From Somniosus microcephalus (taxonomy: Eukaryota), in the NCBI GenBank assembly GCA_052327205.1, contig CM126224.1, positions 19,096,001-19,160,000 of the forward strand: a stretch of DNA of 64,000 nucleotides, in the 5' to 3' direction. Below, piece by piece: positions 25,601-40,900 of this stretch. Numbering within the stretch: the first letter of the stretch is position 1; each line of letters opens with the position of its first letter. A program made the position numbers and the translations under genes. The notes below the pieces were generated by a model, which did no database searches, was not told the DNA's origin, and worked only from the letters and a program-made list of their open reading frames with translations.

Positions 25601-28600
25601 TCAGCAATGAAGTCCTGCTTCTTGAATGCAAACAGTTATTTTGTTAAAAAGAGCCCGGTTTTTGCAGTTTGCACTGAACTCGGTCTGACCATAAACCTGC
25701 GATAGTGAACACAACACTGTAAACGGATCCTTCCTATTCCACTTATTGTAAACACCACTGTGGTCAAATCTAGTCGCCTTTATAAAAGTTCTGCTGTGAC
25801 CGAGGAACTCTGAATTAAACCACTGTGCAAGACTGGAAGGAGAGAGAAATTGTCTGTTCAGAGTTATTTCTCACACAAACTGGTAGGTCTGTCTGACCTT
25901 TATTCTTTTGACGTGATCTAATGACTGGTGTGTGTGTTTGCACAAATGTGCATGTTTAAACTTAATGATATTGGCGCTCATTTTCATTGCAAAGCATCAC
26001 TGGAACACTACCGCACAGCACTGTGGAAGCACCTTCACCTCATGGGACTGGTTTAAGGCGGCGGCACACCACTACCTTCTCAAGGGCAACAAGGGTTGGG
26101 CAATAAATTGCTGGCCTTGCCAGCGACACCCATATCCCGAGATAGATACAGGTATAAACACTTGGTGTATGAAAGGGAGCCCCATGTGCTCACACACCTT
26201 CCCAATTGTGAAGAAGGATCTTGCTCTGGTTCTTTTGCTTTCAGATGCTGACCGTCGCACGGTTCATTTCCAGCATTGTTTATTTTAACAAATATTTCCT
26301 TTTCCACCCCCACCCCCCCTTTTCTCTTTTGAAAACAGGCTTCATGTCACGAGACTGAAGAGGAGAAAGTAAGGACTCGGATTTAACCAAGAAAGCATTA
26401 TCCATTTCAAACCCAGCGAGGACCTCCATTACAAAAGCACTTTGAAAGCAAGTAGACCGGCTTCACTCATGAGGAGGAGGCAGCTGACGGGCACTCAACA
26501 GCAGCCAAGAAACCATCCATTTGTTTAATGGATGGTACAGTGTTTACTAAAGTGAAAGGATAAATCTTGGATGTTATTTTCTGAAGTATTTGCATAGTCT
26601 GTTGCAGAATGAGAGCCTGGTTTAAACCCCAGTGAATGGGGTAGGGGTGGATTATTTGGTAAAAGTCTGACATTCCCCACAATGAATTCGATGGTCAGGA
26701 GATTACTGTCCTACAAAAGCAGTGATGTGGCATGTCAGCTGCGGCTCAGTGGGTAGAACACTCGCCTCAGAAGGTTGTGGGTTCAAGTCCCACTCCAGCG
26801 ATTTGTGCACGAAAAGCTAGGCTGACACTCCACTGCAGTGCTGAGGGAGTGCGGCACTGTCGGAGGTGCTGTCTTTCGGATGAGACGTAAAACCGAGGCC
26901 CCGTCTGCTCGCTCAGGTGGACATGGCACTATTTCAAAGGGCAGGGGAGTTATCCCTAGTGTCCTGGCCAATATTTATCCCTTAACAAACAGATTATCTG
27001 GACATTATCACATTGCTGTTTGAGAGAGAGCTTGCTACGCACAAATTGGCTGCCACGTTTCTTACATTACAACAGCGACTCCACTTCAAAAAGTACTTCA
27101 TTGGCTGTAAAGTGCTTCGACACGTCCGGTGGTCGTGAAAGGCGCTATAGAGATGCAAGTCTTTCTTTTATGTTTGACTTTGCCTTCTTACTTCCTCACT
27201 TAAAAGCACTTGGTATTTGATAGAAAGAAGAACTCTGACGCGAAGTTGTTCAGGTGACGGGGACAGTAGGAGGGGATGGTGCTCTGTGCAATGCAGAGTT
27301 CCTCAGGCTACAGCAGGGACACAGTAAAACCTGCGCATAAACACTGCGACGGAGAATGTGAAAAGTGCAAACATTGATTGGTGCCTAAACCAGAGAAATG
27401 GATGGGGAATCCCTCCATCCTCTTATTTAATGACACCTGTGAAGACATTTAATAATAGAATTTAAATGTATCTGGCTGCTCGGCTTCAGCACTCTAGTTT
27501 CTGGTGGCCATGCAAATCGAGATTTAAACAGCAAAACAAAAACAAAAACCCAAACCGTAGAATTAAATGGTTGGTGTCTGCAGTGCTTGATGTGCACAAA
27601 CACAAACAATAAAAATAATTGATGCCCTGTAGAGCTGGCTGGTGAAGAGCCAAACGTGTAATTAAGGCAGCGCCACTGAATGACCTGCTGCACTCGCCTA
27701 CCGAGCCCGGTCATGGGACTGACACTCGGCATAAACAAGCTAGGAGAAAACAGTTGTACAATTGTTTAATTCGGATTGCTTTCTTTGAGTGTGGTCGGTG
27801 CATTCTTCTGCACCAGAAACATTTTAGCCTAAAAATTAATGTCTCCCATACTAAAATGGCCAAAAAACACTTGTCTTTGTAATGATTTAAAATAAACCGA
27901 TGCGACGCCTGCATTCATTTACTAATATCGGGGATGGCAATTTACAGGCCGTTTCCAACGTACTTCAACTCTTTTGCGCTAGAAAGATTTTTTTTTTTTT
28001 TTACCTGGACTGGACCGCCTCCCAGCTCCTCGTCCAGCTGGGCGGTCAAGATGGCAGCAGCACCCATTTCATCTTGTGACGAATCACCTCCCAGCCTGGA
28101 AAACAAAAAAGCCAACAAGTTGACCAGTGGACTAGACTCTAGTTGGCTCCCCTGGTGCCTCAGTGGCTAAACACACCTTGCGGACTGACCTCCGCAAGAT
28201 CCTGCAAATCCATTGGCAGGATAGGCGCACCAACATCAGTGTTATTGCTCAGGCCAACATCGAAGCTTTGACCACACTCGATCAGCTCTGATGGACAGGT
28301 CACATCATCCGCATGCCCAATACGAGACTCCCAAAACAAGCGCTCTACTCGGAGCTCCGATGCGGCAAGAGAGCCCCAGGTGGGCAGAGGAAACGCTTCA
28401 AGGACACCCTCAAAGCCTCCTTGAAAAAGTGCAACATCCCCATCGACACCTGGGAATCCCTGGCCCAAGACCGCACAAAGTGGAGGAGAAGCATCCGGGA
28501 AGGTGCCGAACACCTCAAGTCTCTTCGCCGGGAGCAAGCGGAAGGAGCGCACATCAACCCAACCACCATCTGCCCCACCTGTGACAGAGGCTGTAGGTCC

Positions 28601-31600
28601 CTCATTGGACTAATCAGTCACCTGAGAACTCATTTTTAATGTGGAAGCAAGTCATCCTCAGTTCCAAGGGACTGCCTAAGAAGAAGAAACACACCTACTG
28701 GCGCAGTACCGAAGACACCCCCAGCTTCAGTCCTCAGTTTGCGCGGAGCTAGCTGGGGGGGGAGGGAGTCGGGACTGTGGCCACCGATGGGTGCTGGAAG
28801 AGAGATGGCGGAGGATGAAGAAGAGAAAGAGAGTCTTTGGATTGCAAATTAAACGTCACCAAGTGCAATAACTTAATCAACAACCCATTACTGCCATGAA
28901 TGGTGGGGCGTTGGCGTGACTCTCTGGTCAGTTGTCAGAAACGGTCAGTTCTCACGATCAGGGTAATGAATATGCTTAGCGTTTAATAAACATCAAATTG
29001 CTCTTTCCTCAATCCAGGAACAGGTGCAGTTACTGCACGGCTAGGTGGCAGCACTGGGCACATTATCGACTGTGTAAAGTGTCATTTCACTGGGAACAGA
29101 TGAACTCCATTCCTTTTATTAAAGAGCATAACACCTTCACATTAAAAGTTTTTCCATTTAAAAAAACCCTTCAGTAGATGAGGCAGCAACAGATCGATGC
29201 CAAAGGTCCCGGAGAATCTGCAAAGCTAATTAGCATTTACCATAAAAGGGAACGGACAGAATTTAGGCAGGAAAAAAATCACTACAGCAAGAGACCTCAA
29301 ACACCAGAGAACACATTAAAAACAATGACATTTTGGAGTAAGAGAAGTCAGCAGACTTTTGAAATAAATTACCAGCGAAGGCCATTGAAATTAACGGTGT
29401 CAATAGGTTTCAGGAGGCAATTCGATGGGTTTCTATAGGAAGAAGGGATTGAGGAACAGGTTGAGGAAGCAGACAGGTGAGGCTGATCTATATCAATGAC
29501 ATGAACTTACTGACCAGACAGGCCTTCTAGACCTGAAACTTATTTTCTAAACTTTTTTTGATTCTCTTCAAATATTTGGTCATCAGCGGAGTTGAGCTGA
29601 CTTGACCAAGGTCCTGCCCTGCCAACTCTACTCTTTCACAGACCTGCGCCAAAGTCGTAAAGCACAGCGGATCCCAGTCAGGCCAGACCTGGGGAGAAGG
29701 GTCTTGCGATGCATGGGGCCGGAACAAGCTGCATCATTGGGGCAGGAATCTTCAGCTCCACATCAAGTAGAGAGAGAGAGAGAGAGAGAGAGGGGGAAGC
29801 ACTCTCTCCATTCACTAATTGAATCAAAGGGGTTACTTGGCACTTGTAGGGTTGCAAACGCTGCTGTCTGTCTTTTTTTTAATAAAACGGTCTCCATTTG
29901 AGTCGGCACATCTGCTTGGCAGAGGTCCGCTTCCAGGGGTTTTAGGATCTTGAGAATTACACTAGCTTCTCAAATCAACTAGCAATGGAGCAGATCATCA
30001 ATATTAAAAATTCCTGCGCATATTAGAGCAACAGCCATTTCTTCCGTACCTAGGCCCCACCATACTCCATGATAGATCAGAAGTTGCCTCCCCCACTCTC
30101 TACTCCTTGTGCAAGCACTGATTCATGCCGAGGTACAGTTCCCATAAGCTCGAGGTGATCCCTGGGATCTCAGACAAGTGATCATTCTTCACAAGCAATG
30201 GGGAGGAACTCCCACCAGCAATGCCATAGGAACAACCATCGCCTCCAAGTCACACTCCAGCCTGACTGGAGACTTATTTCACCCTTGCCAGGACGATACT
30301 CTTGAATTCCCTACCCCAACACCATTGTGGCAACACCATCACATGGGCTGGCGGTGGTTCCAGGAAAAGGTTCACTCCCACCTTTTCAGGGCAGCTAGGT
30401 ATGGGCAATAAATGCAGCCTTGCCCCCCACCCCGAGCAGAATGTGTTTACAAAGGCTTGATCTTGCCCTCACCGGACATCCACAAGCAGGTATTTTATCA
30501 GCAAGGGGCACTGAATAACAAAATCAGGAAAAAAAGACACTAATTAATTTCCCCCTTCCACACCCAGGGCCACTTGAACCAGGAATAAAGACTGAATGAA
30601 TTTTCATTAAACTAGTGCCCTTCACATACATACTGGAGACACCCCAAAGTTGTGAAGCATCGTCATGGTTACATTGGTGAATACAGCAGCCAATCGTCTC
30701 ACAGCAAAGTCCCACCAACAGCAAGCGAGAGGAATGGTCAGTGAATCTCTCTTTCGGTGGTGTTGGTTGAGTGAGTAATACTGGCCAGCACACTGGAAGA
30801 AATCTCCAAAACAACACAGGGTCTTTTACATCTGGCTGAGGCCACCTCAGCTTAAACTGCAGCGGAGACCAAGAGTGCAACCAAGAACCGCCCTGGTGTG
30901 TGCCGCAGCGAGCACTTGCCCACCGAGGCATCAGGGACACGCCAAAGACTTTTTTTTTTTTTTTTTAAACCCAAAAGAAAAAAAGTATCCGATAAAGCTT
31001 TTCAACAGCTTACCAGTAATAGATGATGTGACCCTGTCTTCCAGAGAAGGTGTAAGCGTATTGGATAATGTAGCAGTCTCCTCCGTAGAACTGGCCGTGA
31101 GTGCTCGGGTCGACGGACACTTTGTCGCTGCCTTCGATGCGCCAGATCTGGAAGTTTCAGTTTGATTTATTGTTGGTCCCATCAAGGCAGCATTTTATCC
31201 CTTTTCTTCCCAGTCCCCACCACCCCATCCTCCCAAAGGCAGCGGCCCACGTTGGGAGCAGCGACAGCCTTAGTGCATTGACCACTGGCCATTCGTCATG
31301 TACGAGCCAACACAGCGAGCGGCTGCTCAAACTACATTCAGCCCTAGTCAGGCGCAGATACACTCCACTTCCAGCAAAGGGGGGGGGGGGGGGGAGCCCC
31401 ACTGACTTGCAGTACACAGTGGCTGCTCCCTTCTCTGGCCTGGGAACACAGAGGCCAAATTATAGTCCCCTCACTGCCGTCCTTGCTAAGATCAACTAGC
31501 TTATCACGGATCAAGCACAGAACCCGTGGTCTGTGGGACCAGTACTGCGCCAGGCTAATGGTGCTAATAATTCTGATACTGCCCCCAGTGAGACTTCCCA

Positions 31601-34600
31601 GTCAGCTTTCATTTCCTGCCCAGAGTGTAGATGGGCCAACCTACTCTAAAGCATCTACTGCCAGGAGATGCACGAGACCAGCCGAGGATGGCTCTTTGTC
31701 TGATTCTTATCCATCTCTCTACAGCAGCAGCCCTTAGAGAAGAAACTCAGCAACAAGGCCATGTCCTACCATTCACAGTGGTGCCATGGCACCAACCCCT
31801 TACTTGTTCTAGTTTAACTGGATCCAGCAATAAATGCACAATAAAAGCATTACATTCAAAGTAAAACAAAGTTTATAAAGTCTACACAGTCGCTACTTTC
31901 TTTAATAAAAAAAGTCTGGTTTGCGAAACAGAAATCTTAGATTTCATCTTGCACACTTCAAACTCTTTGCCAAGCAGGTACTTGCCTATCTGCACTTACA
32001 TGGTCATCTGGACCTCAATATAAAATCTGCCATCCCCTTTGACAATGGTACACAGTAACTTACTCAGGAGTAATGCAGTCCTGTGATGTACACTTACATT
32101 AAGATATTTAGGGTCTGAAGACACCCAAATCTAATATGAGCACACAATATTGGTTTCCAAATATCAGTGGAGTAACTGTTGGTGCAGTAATGTGTCCAGA
32201 GAAAGACACGGGTTTAGGGCTAGGACAGGAGAGGTTTGACTTGCTGGGCAAGGCGAGGGGGGGGGGGGGGGGGCGCGGTGGGGTGGGTGATAAGCAGCAG
32301 AGGCAGCTAAACAGATGGTCTCAATCTTCTTGACAAATATCCATGAGCTCCTTCTACCTGCTGTTGGAAGGGGAGGAGATGACAGGGGGCCAGGGAGAGG
32401 AGTGGAAGGAGGGGGCTAGTACTGGAAATAAGCCACCGGAGGTCATCTTCACTCTCCAGGATAATTCGGGAGCAGTGAGCAGTTTTGGCAAAGGAGAATG
32501 AAGCACAGCCACGCTTGACTTGGTCCAGCCAGATCTGATGATGGATGGCTAAACCAGTTGTGCACCAGATATGCTCAAGTCTACGTCCACTGGATTTGAG
32601 GGAGCAAAGATGGGAACCATATCAGGGGAACAGAATTAAAGTTATTTGCTGGGATCAAAGCCATTGAAAGGAGGGAGGGTGAGTGAGTGATTGAGAGAAG
32701 ATTGATGGCTGCCGACGTATCACAGCAAATGGAGGGCCGAAAGCTAAATGGTTGGGTTTGAAAGTTCACACTCCAGTTAAGCATCGTGGGACATTTCACT
32801 ACATTAAAGACGCTATGTAAATGCAAATTGTTGTTGAAAGTGCGTTGCCAGTGACAGGGATCCTTCTGCAGTGCAAATTGGAATGACGAGCCTTCATTAC
32901 ACAGTTGGGCAACACATCTACATCAAGTGCTAGACTCGGAGTTATGAATGGGTTTCCTACAAGCAGACTTTGTATACAGCACAGCCTGCATGCTCAGCTC
33001 GTGCCTCTCTAGGTCACCATGAGTGAGGGGTTTGGTGTTTTACCGTTTTCTCTCCAGACCCATCGTCCACCATTCCGTACTGGGCAGCCATGGCAGGAGA
33101 CTCGTGCAAAGTCGCAGCATCAAAAGGCACTTTTTCAATCTTGGCGATTTGCCCGGATATGTAGCAGGTTCCCAGTCCCTCGGTCTGATACAGGTCAACC
33201 CAGTTCTTGAAGAATTGCTTGAACAGTGGAGTCTCGCCAGTCTCGGGCAGAATCTGGACCTAAGAGACAGAATATTCACAGAATCACAGAAACCCCACAG
33301 TGCAAATAGAGGCCATTTCGGCCCATCGAGCCTGCACCGACACATATCCCACCCGATCCCCGTAACCCCTACACCAACACATATCCCACCCTATCCCCGT
33401 AACCCCACGTATTTAATCCCCCTAACACACTAAAGGTCAATTTATCATAGCCAATCAACCTAACCCGCACATCTTTGGACTGTGGGAGGAAACCGGAGCA
33501 CCCGGAGGAAACCCACGCAAACACGGGGAGAATGTGCAAACTCCACACAGACAGTCACCCGAGGCCGGATTTGAACCCGGGTCCCTGGCGCTGTGAGGCA
33601 ACAGTGCTAACCACTATGCCACCGTGGAGATGTTTAATACAACATCCTGGTTTATACCCGACTGGAAATGTAAATTTTCCACACACACTGTTAAAATCAG
33701 CTTTCCTCTGGACGGCCAAGATGAAAATCTAATCGTTACAAACATTTCTATCAAAATCAAATTCCTATCACACTGGCGACACAAACAGAATACTCGGGGG
33801 GACCCTTGGCTATAAAATGGGTTAACTTCTGGCCTGTTGTTGCTGGAGTAAATTCCAAATCCTTCCTTGGCAGTGAGCATTCCCAGCCTCAAACTTTCCA
33901 ACACCCCACAGACATTTTCCAGGCTTTCTTTGGCAAGCATTTTTAAACTAACATTTTGAAGGAAGTAGGGTCCATAGCTCGAAGGGCTCAGGGACTCTGC
34001 TGCCCGTGTTTGACACAAGCACTCCGGCGTATCTTACCTGGGTGTATTTGGGATACCCCATTTTCATAATAAAGTCTTCAGCACCCTTCAGGGCAGCTTT
34101 CCGTTCTTCTGGATTAGCTTTTTTACCTTTACATTTCACAACAAAAAAAAAGACATTAAGAATTCCTTTCTCCTCCCCTCACTGGAACTTGAGCAATAAT
34201 TTCATATCAGATCAAACACTCACTGGAGGCAAAAGGAGACAGAAATGTCTCCAATTTAAAAAAAGATAGGATTCTTGTGAGATCAGTGGTTATGTTACTG
34301 GACTAGTAATCCAGAGAACAAGAGTCCAAATCCCACCGTGGTACTTTGAGAATTTGAATCCCGTTTAAAAAAAAGCACCCTCAGTAAAACAATGAAACTA
34401 ATGAGAGAGAGTCCAAACGTTACCTTCACGAGCCAGTCGACTCAAACTGCTACAGACTGCAGCAGTTCAAGGCGGCGGCTCATCACCACCTTCACAGGGC
34501 AACAGAGGATAGGCAATAAATGCTGGTGCACACATTCAGAGACTGATCTATTACATTTTTTAAAAAAAGGTTTCAAGTACTTAATGCCCCCCTGCACCAC

Positions 34601-34911
34601 AACTGCTGCTGAATTCAGTTATTATCTCCCTTTCCATTTCTCCTTCAAACAGTAACACAGCTAATGCGGACTCCTCCTCACTCTCAGGACATGCAGTCAC
34701 CAGATCATCATGATGTTGCAGATACATAAAATGTACAACATAGAAACAGGCCATTCAGCCCAACTGGTGTGTATGCTCCACATGAGCCCCCTCCCACCTT
34801 CTAACCCCATCGGCATATCAATATAGGGGTTGCAACGAGTGGTCTCCTATTACACACGCAAAGTGAAGACAAAGAACACAGAAGCTTGATGTTTCTACCC
34901 CAAAACTTGGC

Positions 34912-34956
<45 letters not shown>

Positions 34957-37900
34957 AAATAAATGCCTTAAACCTGCAGTTAATCTAACATCACAACTCG
35001 CCGACTTGGCTCTTCAAACCTTTCCACACGAAGATCTTCCCATTGGATCCATTGTCCAGGATGAAGCTGTCTTCAGATTCCAACGTGCTCTGTTTAAATG
35101 GGTTCTCTGCAGACACCAGGTTTATCTGAACTTCACCCCCAGAGGCATTTGAAACCTGTAAAGAGAGACAGCAAGACCATTACAGTCAGAAGTTAATCAG
35201 CCAAGAATACCATCCTATAAAAAAGGAACTGGCCTCCTTTTTTGTGACATAACCACAGAGAATTGAGCAAGGCCATGTTAAAAGCTGTTTCAATTGTTGC
35301 CCCAAATTCATGTCTTATTATTGTCCATGATAAACCTGGAGTTTACCTTCTCCTGGCTCAGAGAGGGAATAGAATCAAAGGAGATGCGTTATACTATAAT
35401 GGCGATTCAGGAACTCCTGTCACGAGTGACATGACAGCCTGTTTAGATTGCACAACCACCTCTCCCTCCCTGGTAGCAAAGGTGGTCTGTGCAGGGGCAG
35501 GCAACTGCATTACTGATCTGTATGAGTGGGCAGAGAGCTCAGGCTACCGGCTGGCAAAAAAGTGGCTGTGAGAAGCAGCTCATGGCTCCGACAGTGACGT
35601 TGTACATTAGGGATAGGACTGCTGCCTTTCAGAGGAGAGCTGGAAAGCCAACGCGAGGCTGCAATCAAGAGCACTGCTGCGATATAAAAAAGGTGGGGTT
35701 GGGTGGGGGGGGGGGGGGGCAGGTCGAAGTTTTTTCTCCTGAAGGAGGTTCCAGATCTGGTCACTAGAAGGGAGGGAAGCAAAAAACACACAGCTGGCTG
35801 CTTCCACGTCCATACCTGCAGCAGCCACCCTGCTACACAGTTACAGGCCTGGGGAGCAGGTCCCCTCAGCCTGGTGCATGCAGTGCCTTGGGCAGGGCGA
35901 GACCCAAGAGATATAAAAGTAGATAAAGATTTTAGAATGCGATTATCCATGTGGCTCAATCGACAAGTGCACGATATGATGGAGCACTGACCCATACAGA
36001 CCAAGGTGGTACTAGAGTCAATCAATGGCCCAAGTTAACAATAAAAGGGGCACCAATGGAGGCAATACAACTAGCCTCACTGACTGAGTTGGTATTGGGG
36101 GTGGTGAAGATAATTGTATGGGTCTCCAGCCTGCTGGCTATCCAACCACCACTACAGGGGAAGCACACAGCAGGTAAGGACAGGACCAGGTTCAGCCGTG
36201 ATGGCCCTCATGTCCAAATAATGCACAAGACGAGGTGCCCTAGAGCCACCGCCTTTCATCGACTGCTAGCACAAACCAGCACCATCTGAAGGGGTTTGGG
36301 GGGGGGGGGGGGGGGGGGGTGGGGAAGTGAGGTGGAAGGTTGAAGTTATTCTTCAAGTTGAAACCAAAACATATCCAGAAGACGACGACCTCAGATGTTA
36401 ACCATACTCAACAGTTTCTGAAGTAATCGTTTGTGTACTGGAATGACAAGTCTGGTCGAGTGCACACCTCGCTCTCAAAACAGCTCAGGGCTCATTGCTT
36501 CAGGCAAGTTGGCAACTCTCAGCCCAGCACCGAGGAACCAGTTCACTCTCGAGTTTGTACTTGTACTTGTACATTGATGGGCAGCAAGTATCAACCGAGA
36601 ATCAGAGACCGCTGGGTGCGCAGGACTGCAACGAGGCAAGCACTTTGACTGCATCATAATCAGCCATGATCTCATTAAATGGCAGAGCAGGCTCGAGGGG
36701 CCGAAATGCCTACTCCTGCTCCTATCTTCTATGTCTATGTTTCTATGCATCATAATTCCAATCGGAGTCTATTACCAAGAAACCCTCCAAATTAGTCGCA
36801 TTCTTGTATAAAGCCCAGAGCTCAACTCCTTCTGTAACCCAAATTAAATTAGAAAGTCTAGCTTAAAAAAGGGATATTTACTATTTTACAAGTTACTTTG
36901 CAAATATTCAAAAAAAATGCCACAGAAACACACACACTGAATGGTCCGACAGAAACTGTTGCATTAACAAAGTGGAGATGCAGGATCTCTCTGAGCTGCA
37001 CGGTGAATATACCAACAACGGTCCAGTGCAGGCAACTGTGCCATAACTGGAAATTCCAGCATTGGGGTTAAACCTGCTCGTACTGAAGGTTACATCACTA
37101 CAGGGTTTTATGCAAACACTCCACTGTAGTGTATGTAACTGTTCTACCTTTAAGAGAACTATTTTAGGTGTGGCACTACTTTATCCTGGCTGCTGTATAC
37201 TGTAATACCGACGGTGACCACACCAGTATATAAGTGCTGTGGCAGAATTTATTGGGCAGATTCGCCCTGACCTTCAAATAGTAAAGTCCTGTTTAAGTTA
37301 CTCTTGTAGTCTGTGTATTACTTCGCTATACAACCCACAGACTTTACATCCACAAAGATACGTGGCTTATTTGGAGGATTTCTTGGCAATAGGCCCAGAT
37401 TCAAATTACGATGCAGCCAAAATGCTGACCCGACTGCATGGTCACATGCACCCGAGAGGCTCCCAATTCTCTTCTGGGTTCAACATTTGAGTGGTTTAAA
37501 TAAGTTTAGTGCTCCATTGACCCTTTTCACCAGACCAGTCTCTATCTAGTTGGATACCCATCTGTACTATTACAGCATTGCTGCTGCTGCTTGTATTGAT
37601 ACAGCACCTTTAACATAGTAAAACGTCCCAAGACGCTTCACAGGAGTATTAAGAGACAAAAATGATATTGAACCATGCAAGGAGAAATTAGGGCAGGTGA
37701 CCAAAAGCTCGGTCAAAGAGGTAGGTTTTAAGGAGTGTCTTAAAAGGAGGAAAGAGGTAGAGAGGCGAAGAGGTTTAGGCAGGGAATTCCAGAGTTTAGG
37801 GCCGAGGCAACAGAAGGCACGGCCGCCAACAGAAGGCACGGCCGCCAATGATTGAGCGATTATAAATCAGGGATGCTCAAGGGGACAGAATTAGAGGAGC

Positions 37901-40900
37901 GCAGATATCTCCAGGGGTTGTGGGGTTGGAGGAGATTACAGAGATATGGAGGGGGCGAGGCCATGGAGGGATTTGAAAACAAGGATGAGAATTCTGAAAG
38001 CGAGGTGTTGCTTAACCGGGAGCCAATGTAGGTCAACGAGCACAGGAGTGATGGGTGAACGGGACTTGGAGAGAGTTAGGACACAGGCAGCCGAGTTTTG
38101 GATGACCTCAAGTTTACGTAGGGTAGAATGAGGGAGGTCAGCCGGGAGTGCGTTGGAATAGTCAAGTCTAGAGGTAACAAAGGCATGGATGAGGGTTTCA
38201 GCAGTAGATGAGCGGAGGCAAGGGCAGAGACGGATAACGTTATGGAGGTGGAACTAGGCGGTCTTAGTACCACAAGGTCCCTGCTGCTACTGAAGGTGGT
38301 GGGTAACATGAGCCAGTGACAGTACCGCGAGTACCTGTGCCGATAGAGATCAGTATAAATCGGTGTCCCAGCATCAATGTTAAATAACTCCCATCCCCCA
38401 CACTAGCACTAAACCCACGGCACCAAGACATGTAAAGAAAATCAAAATTCTACTAATTAAAGAATGAATCAAGACTGCTTCAATCAGAGCCCCTCTTTTC
38501 CAACTAATAATCACGTGAATAATTAGTGAAACTTCAAAATTACAAAAGATTTCCAGCAGAGCTGACAAGGTGCGTACAGATTGGAAATGTAATATTCTGA
38601 AGGTCATGATACTCAGTCCGATTGCTGGACAGGCCCCTTGCTGGCTCAGTGGGTGAATGCACCCTGTGCAATGGTGCAGGGCCGTTCAGATCAGCTGGGT
38701 CCGAACTTCCGTCTCTGGGCTTATTGGAGTTAACGCATTTGGTGAGGAGAGGGATGAACAGCTGGGGCTGATCTATGTAAAGTAGATTGGTTATATTCCA
38801 TTTCTAAAAACAAAGTGTCGTAGTTCGTACCTTGTACAATTTAGCCAGTTTTCTGTTGGATGCATCAGTTTTAATGTCATCATCAGTTCCTTCTGGCAGA
38901 TCTGGTTTTGGTCCAAGAACCTAAAAATGGAGGCATCAACATAGTTACCAACCAGCCACAACCCCGAGACAGTCACAATCAGACAAGAGATGCGGCTGAA
39001 ACCAAATGACTTTCCTCTACACCGCTGTATCTGCCGAAGGATTCCTTCTTCAATATTCCCTTCAACACAAGTTCCTACAGCCATCATGGAAAGCGGTTCC
39101 AAAAGGTCTCATTTGGCACAACTGTTCCCTTTGAACATGACAATTCTGGCTCTAAGTTGTCGGCTCATCAAGTGACATGTTGCGTAACTAAAGTGGCACC
39201 GAGCCACGTGCACCAGATTTCTAATATCTGTAGTAGGAGCCGAGTTAGCTGCTCTCAGCTGAAGTATTGCTGCTACAATAGGCTTGGGCAGAGTAATAAT
39301 CAGCTCCTGGAAATGGAGCACGTGCAGATATTAGTCAAGGATAATATTGGACCTGGCTAGGATGCCCCAACTTCAGATAGGCGACCGACACTTGGGCTCC
39401 TCGCCTAATGGATCATTAAAAAGGTGAAGAATTGGCGGGGTCGGTTTAGCTGTGTTCGTTGCGGCTCAGCACCTTCAGGAGGGGAAATGACATTGTGGGT
39501 TGCATGTTCTCTGAAGGAGGCTGTGACCCATCACCAATGTTCGGTAACAAGTCACAGCACTTGCTCAGGATCCAACACAATTGAGCTTTTTTTTTTTTTT
39601 TTTTAAATTAAGGATAAGGTTCCGCTGCAGTTGAAGACAAATGAGATTTTTAGACTGAGATGTGTTGATCTGATTAAATTAGCGCCAACCACGCAATATT
39701 ACAAATGCCTTTTTCCCCTGGAGTCCCCATACCAAGGGTTATGTGGATGGGTAACTTGTTCCCTGGCTTCCACCAACATCAATCTGAATTAAAGTGAACG
39801 ACAGACACCCACATCCTTATTGTCCCTCCCTCCGTGCCAACACCTGCTCAGGACCTCCCACAGCAGCACCACTGGATACAGTGGATCAAACTTTCATTCT
39901 CATCAAGGGGTATGGGGAGAGCGGGAATATGGTATTGAGATAGACGATCAGCCATGATCATATTGAATGGCGGAGCAGGCGCGAATGGGTGACTCCTCCT
40001 ATTTTGCCCCACTGTGGTGACACCTGCTGGTACTTCAACAAACTGCATCCAAACGGCACAAGGAAAACCAATTTTTAAAAATTCACCTTTTTTCTAATAA
40101 TTAACAATTGGTTGAAAATGTTAACGTCACAGCGCTCTCGAGCTGCCCAAGCCTCACCTCAATCAACTTTTCGGACTCCCTGCCCTCCTCCATCACCCGC
40201 ACAGTGGCACGGCCACTGCGCTCGTTGTCACGTATACCCTTGGCTACGTACGTGGCCTTTAGCCGTTCAAACCTATTGCACTGTGAACCACACCATTGCA
40301 AGATTTCCTGAAACACAGAACGAAGGGCGCACGATTACAAACACGGATGCAGTTTAAAAAAAATCAAATCTAATTGAGCAATTGATTTTATGTCACAGAT
40401 CAATACAGCACAAAATGCCGTCCCTATGAGGCAGATCACTATACTGTAATGTCATTATACCCTCTATGCTCTTTGCTTGCTCTTTGCTGGCTGTAAATCA
40501 CTTTGGAATGTCCTGAATCATGAATGACATCAACCAAATATCAAGCTCTTTATTCCTTTAGGTGAGGATAGACAAACGGTGTCAATAAGAGCATGTTGGG
40601 GGGTGGGGGGGGGGGGGGGCGGGAGGAAGACCAAAAACTAACCCGTCTAGCACATTATTTCTCCTATCATGACATCTCGCTGTATTTTGAGCAGCCTCAA
40701 TAATTTTGCTCGGTAGATTATGCCTAACATTTTAGTTCTTCCTCGATATCTGTTCCAAAAATCACTTCTCACCAATCTCCATTTTGTCCTTACTCTCTGT
40801 ATTACAACCCAACACGTAGATCATGGCTGCATTACACTTGCACAAACTATTAGCTTCCATTAGGAGTTTGTTTAGAGTGGATTTACAGAGATGGCAGAAA

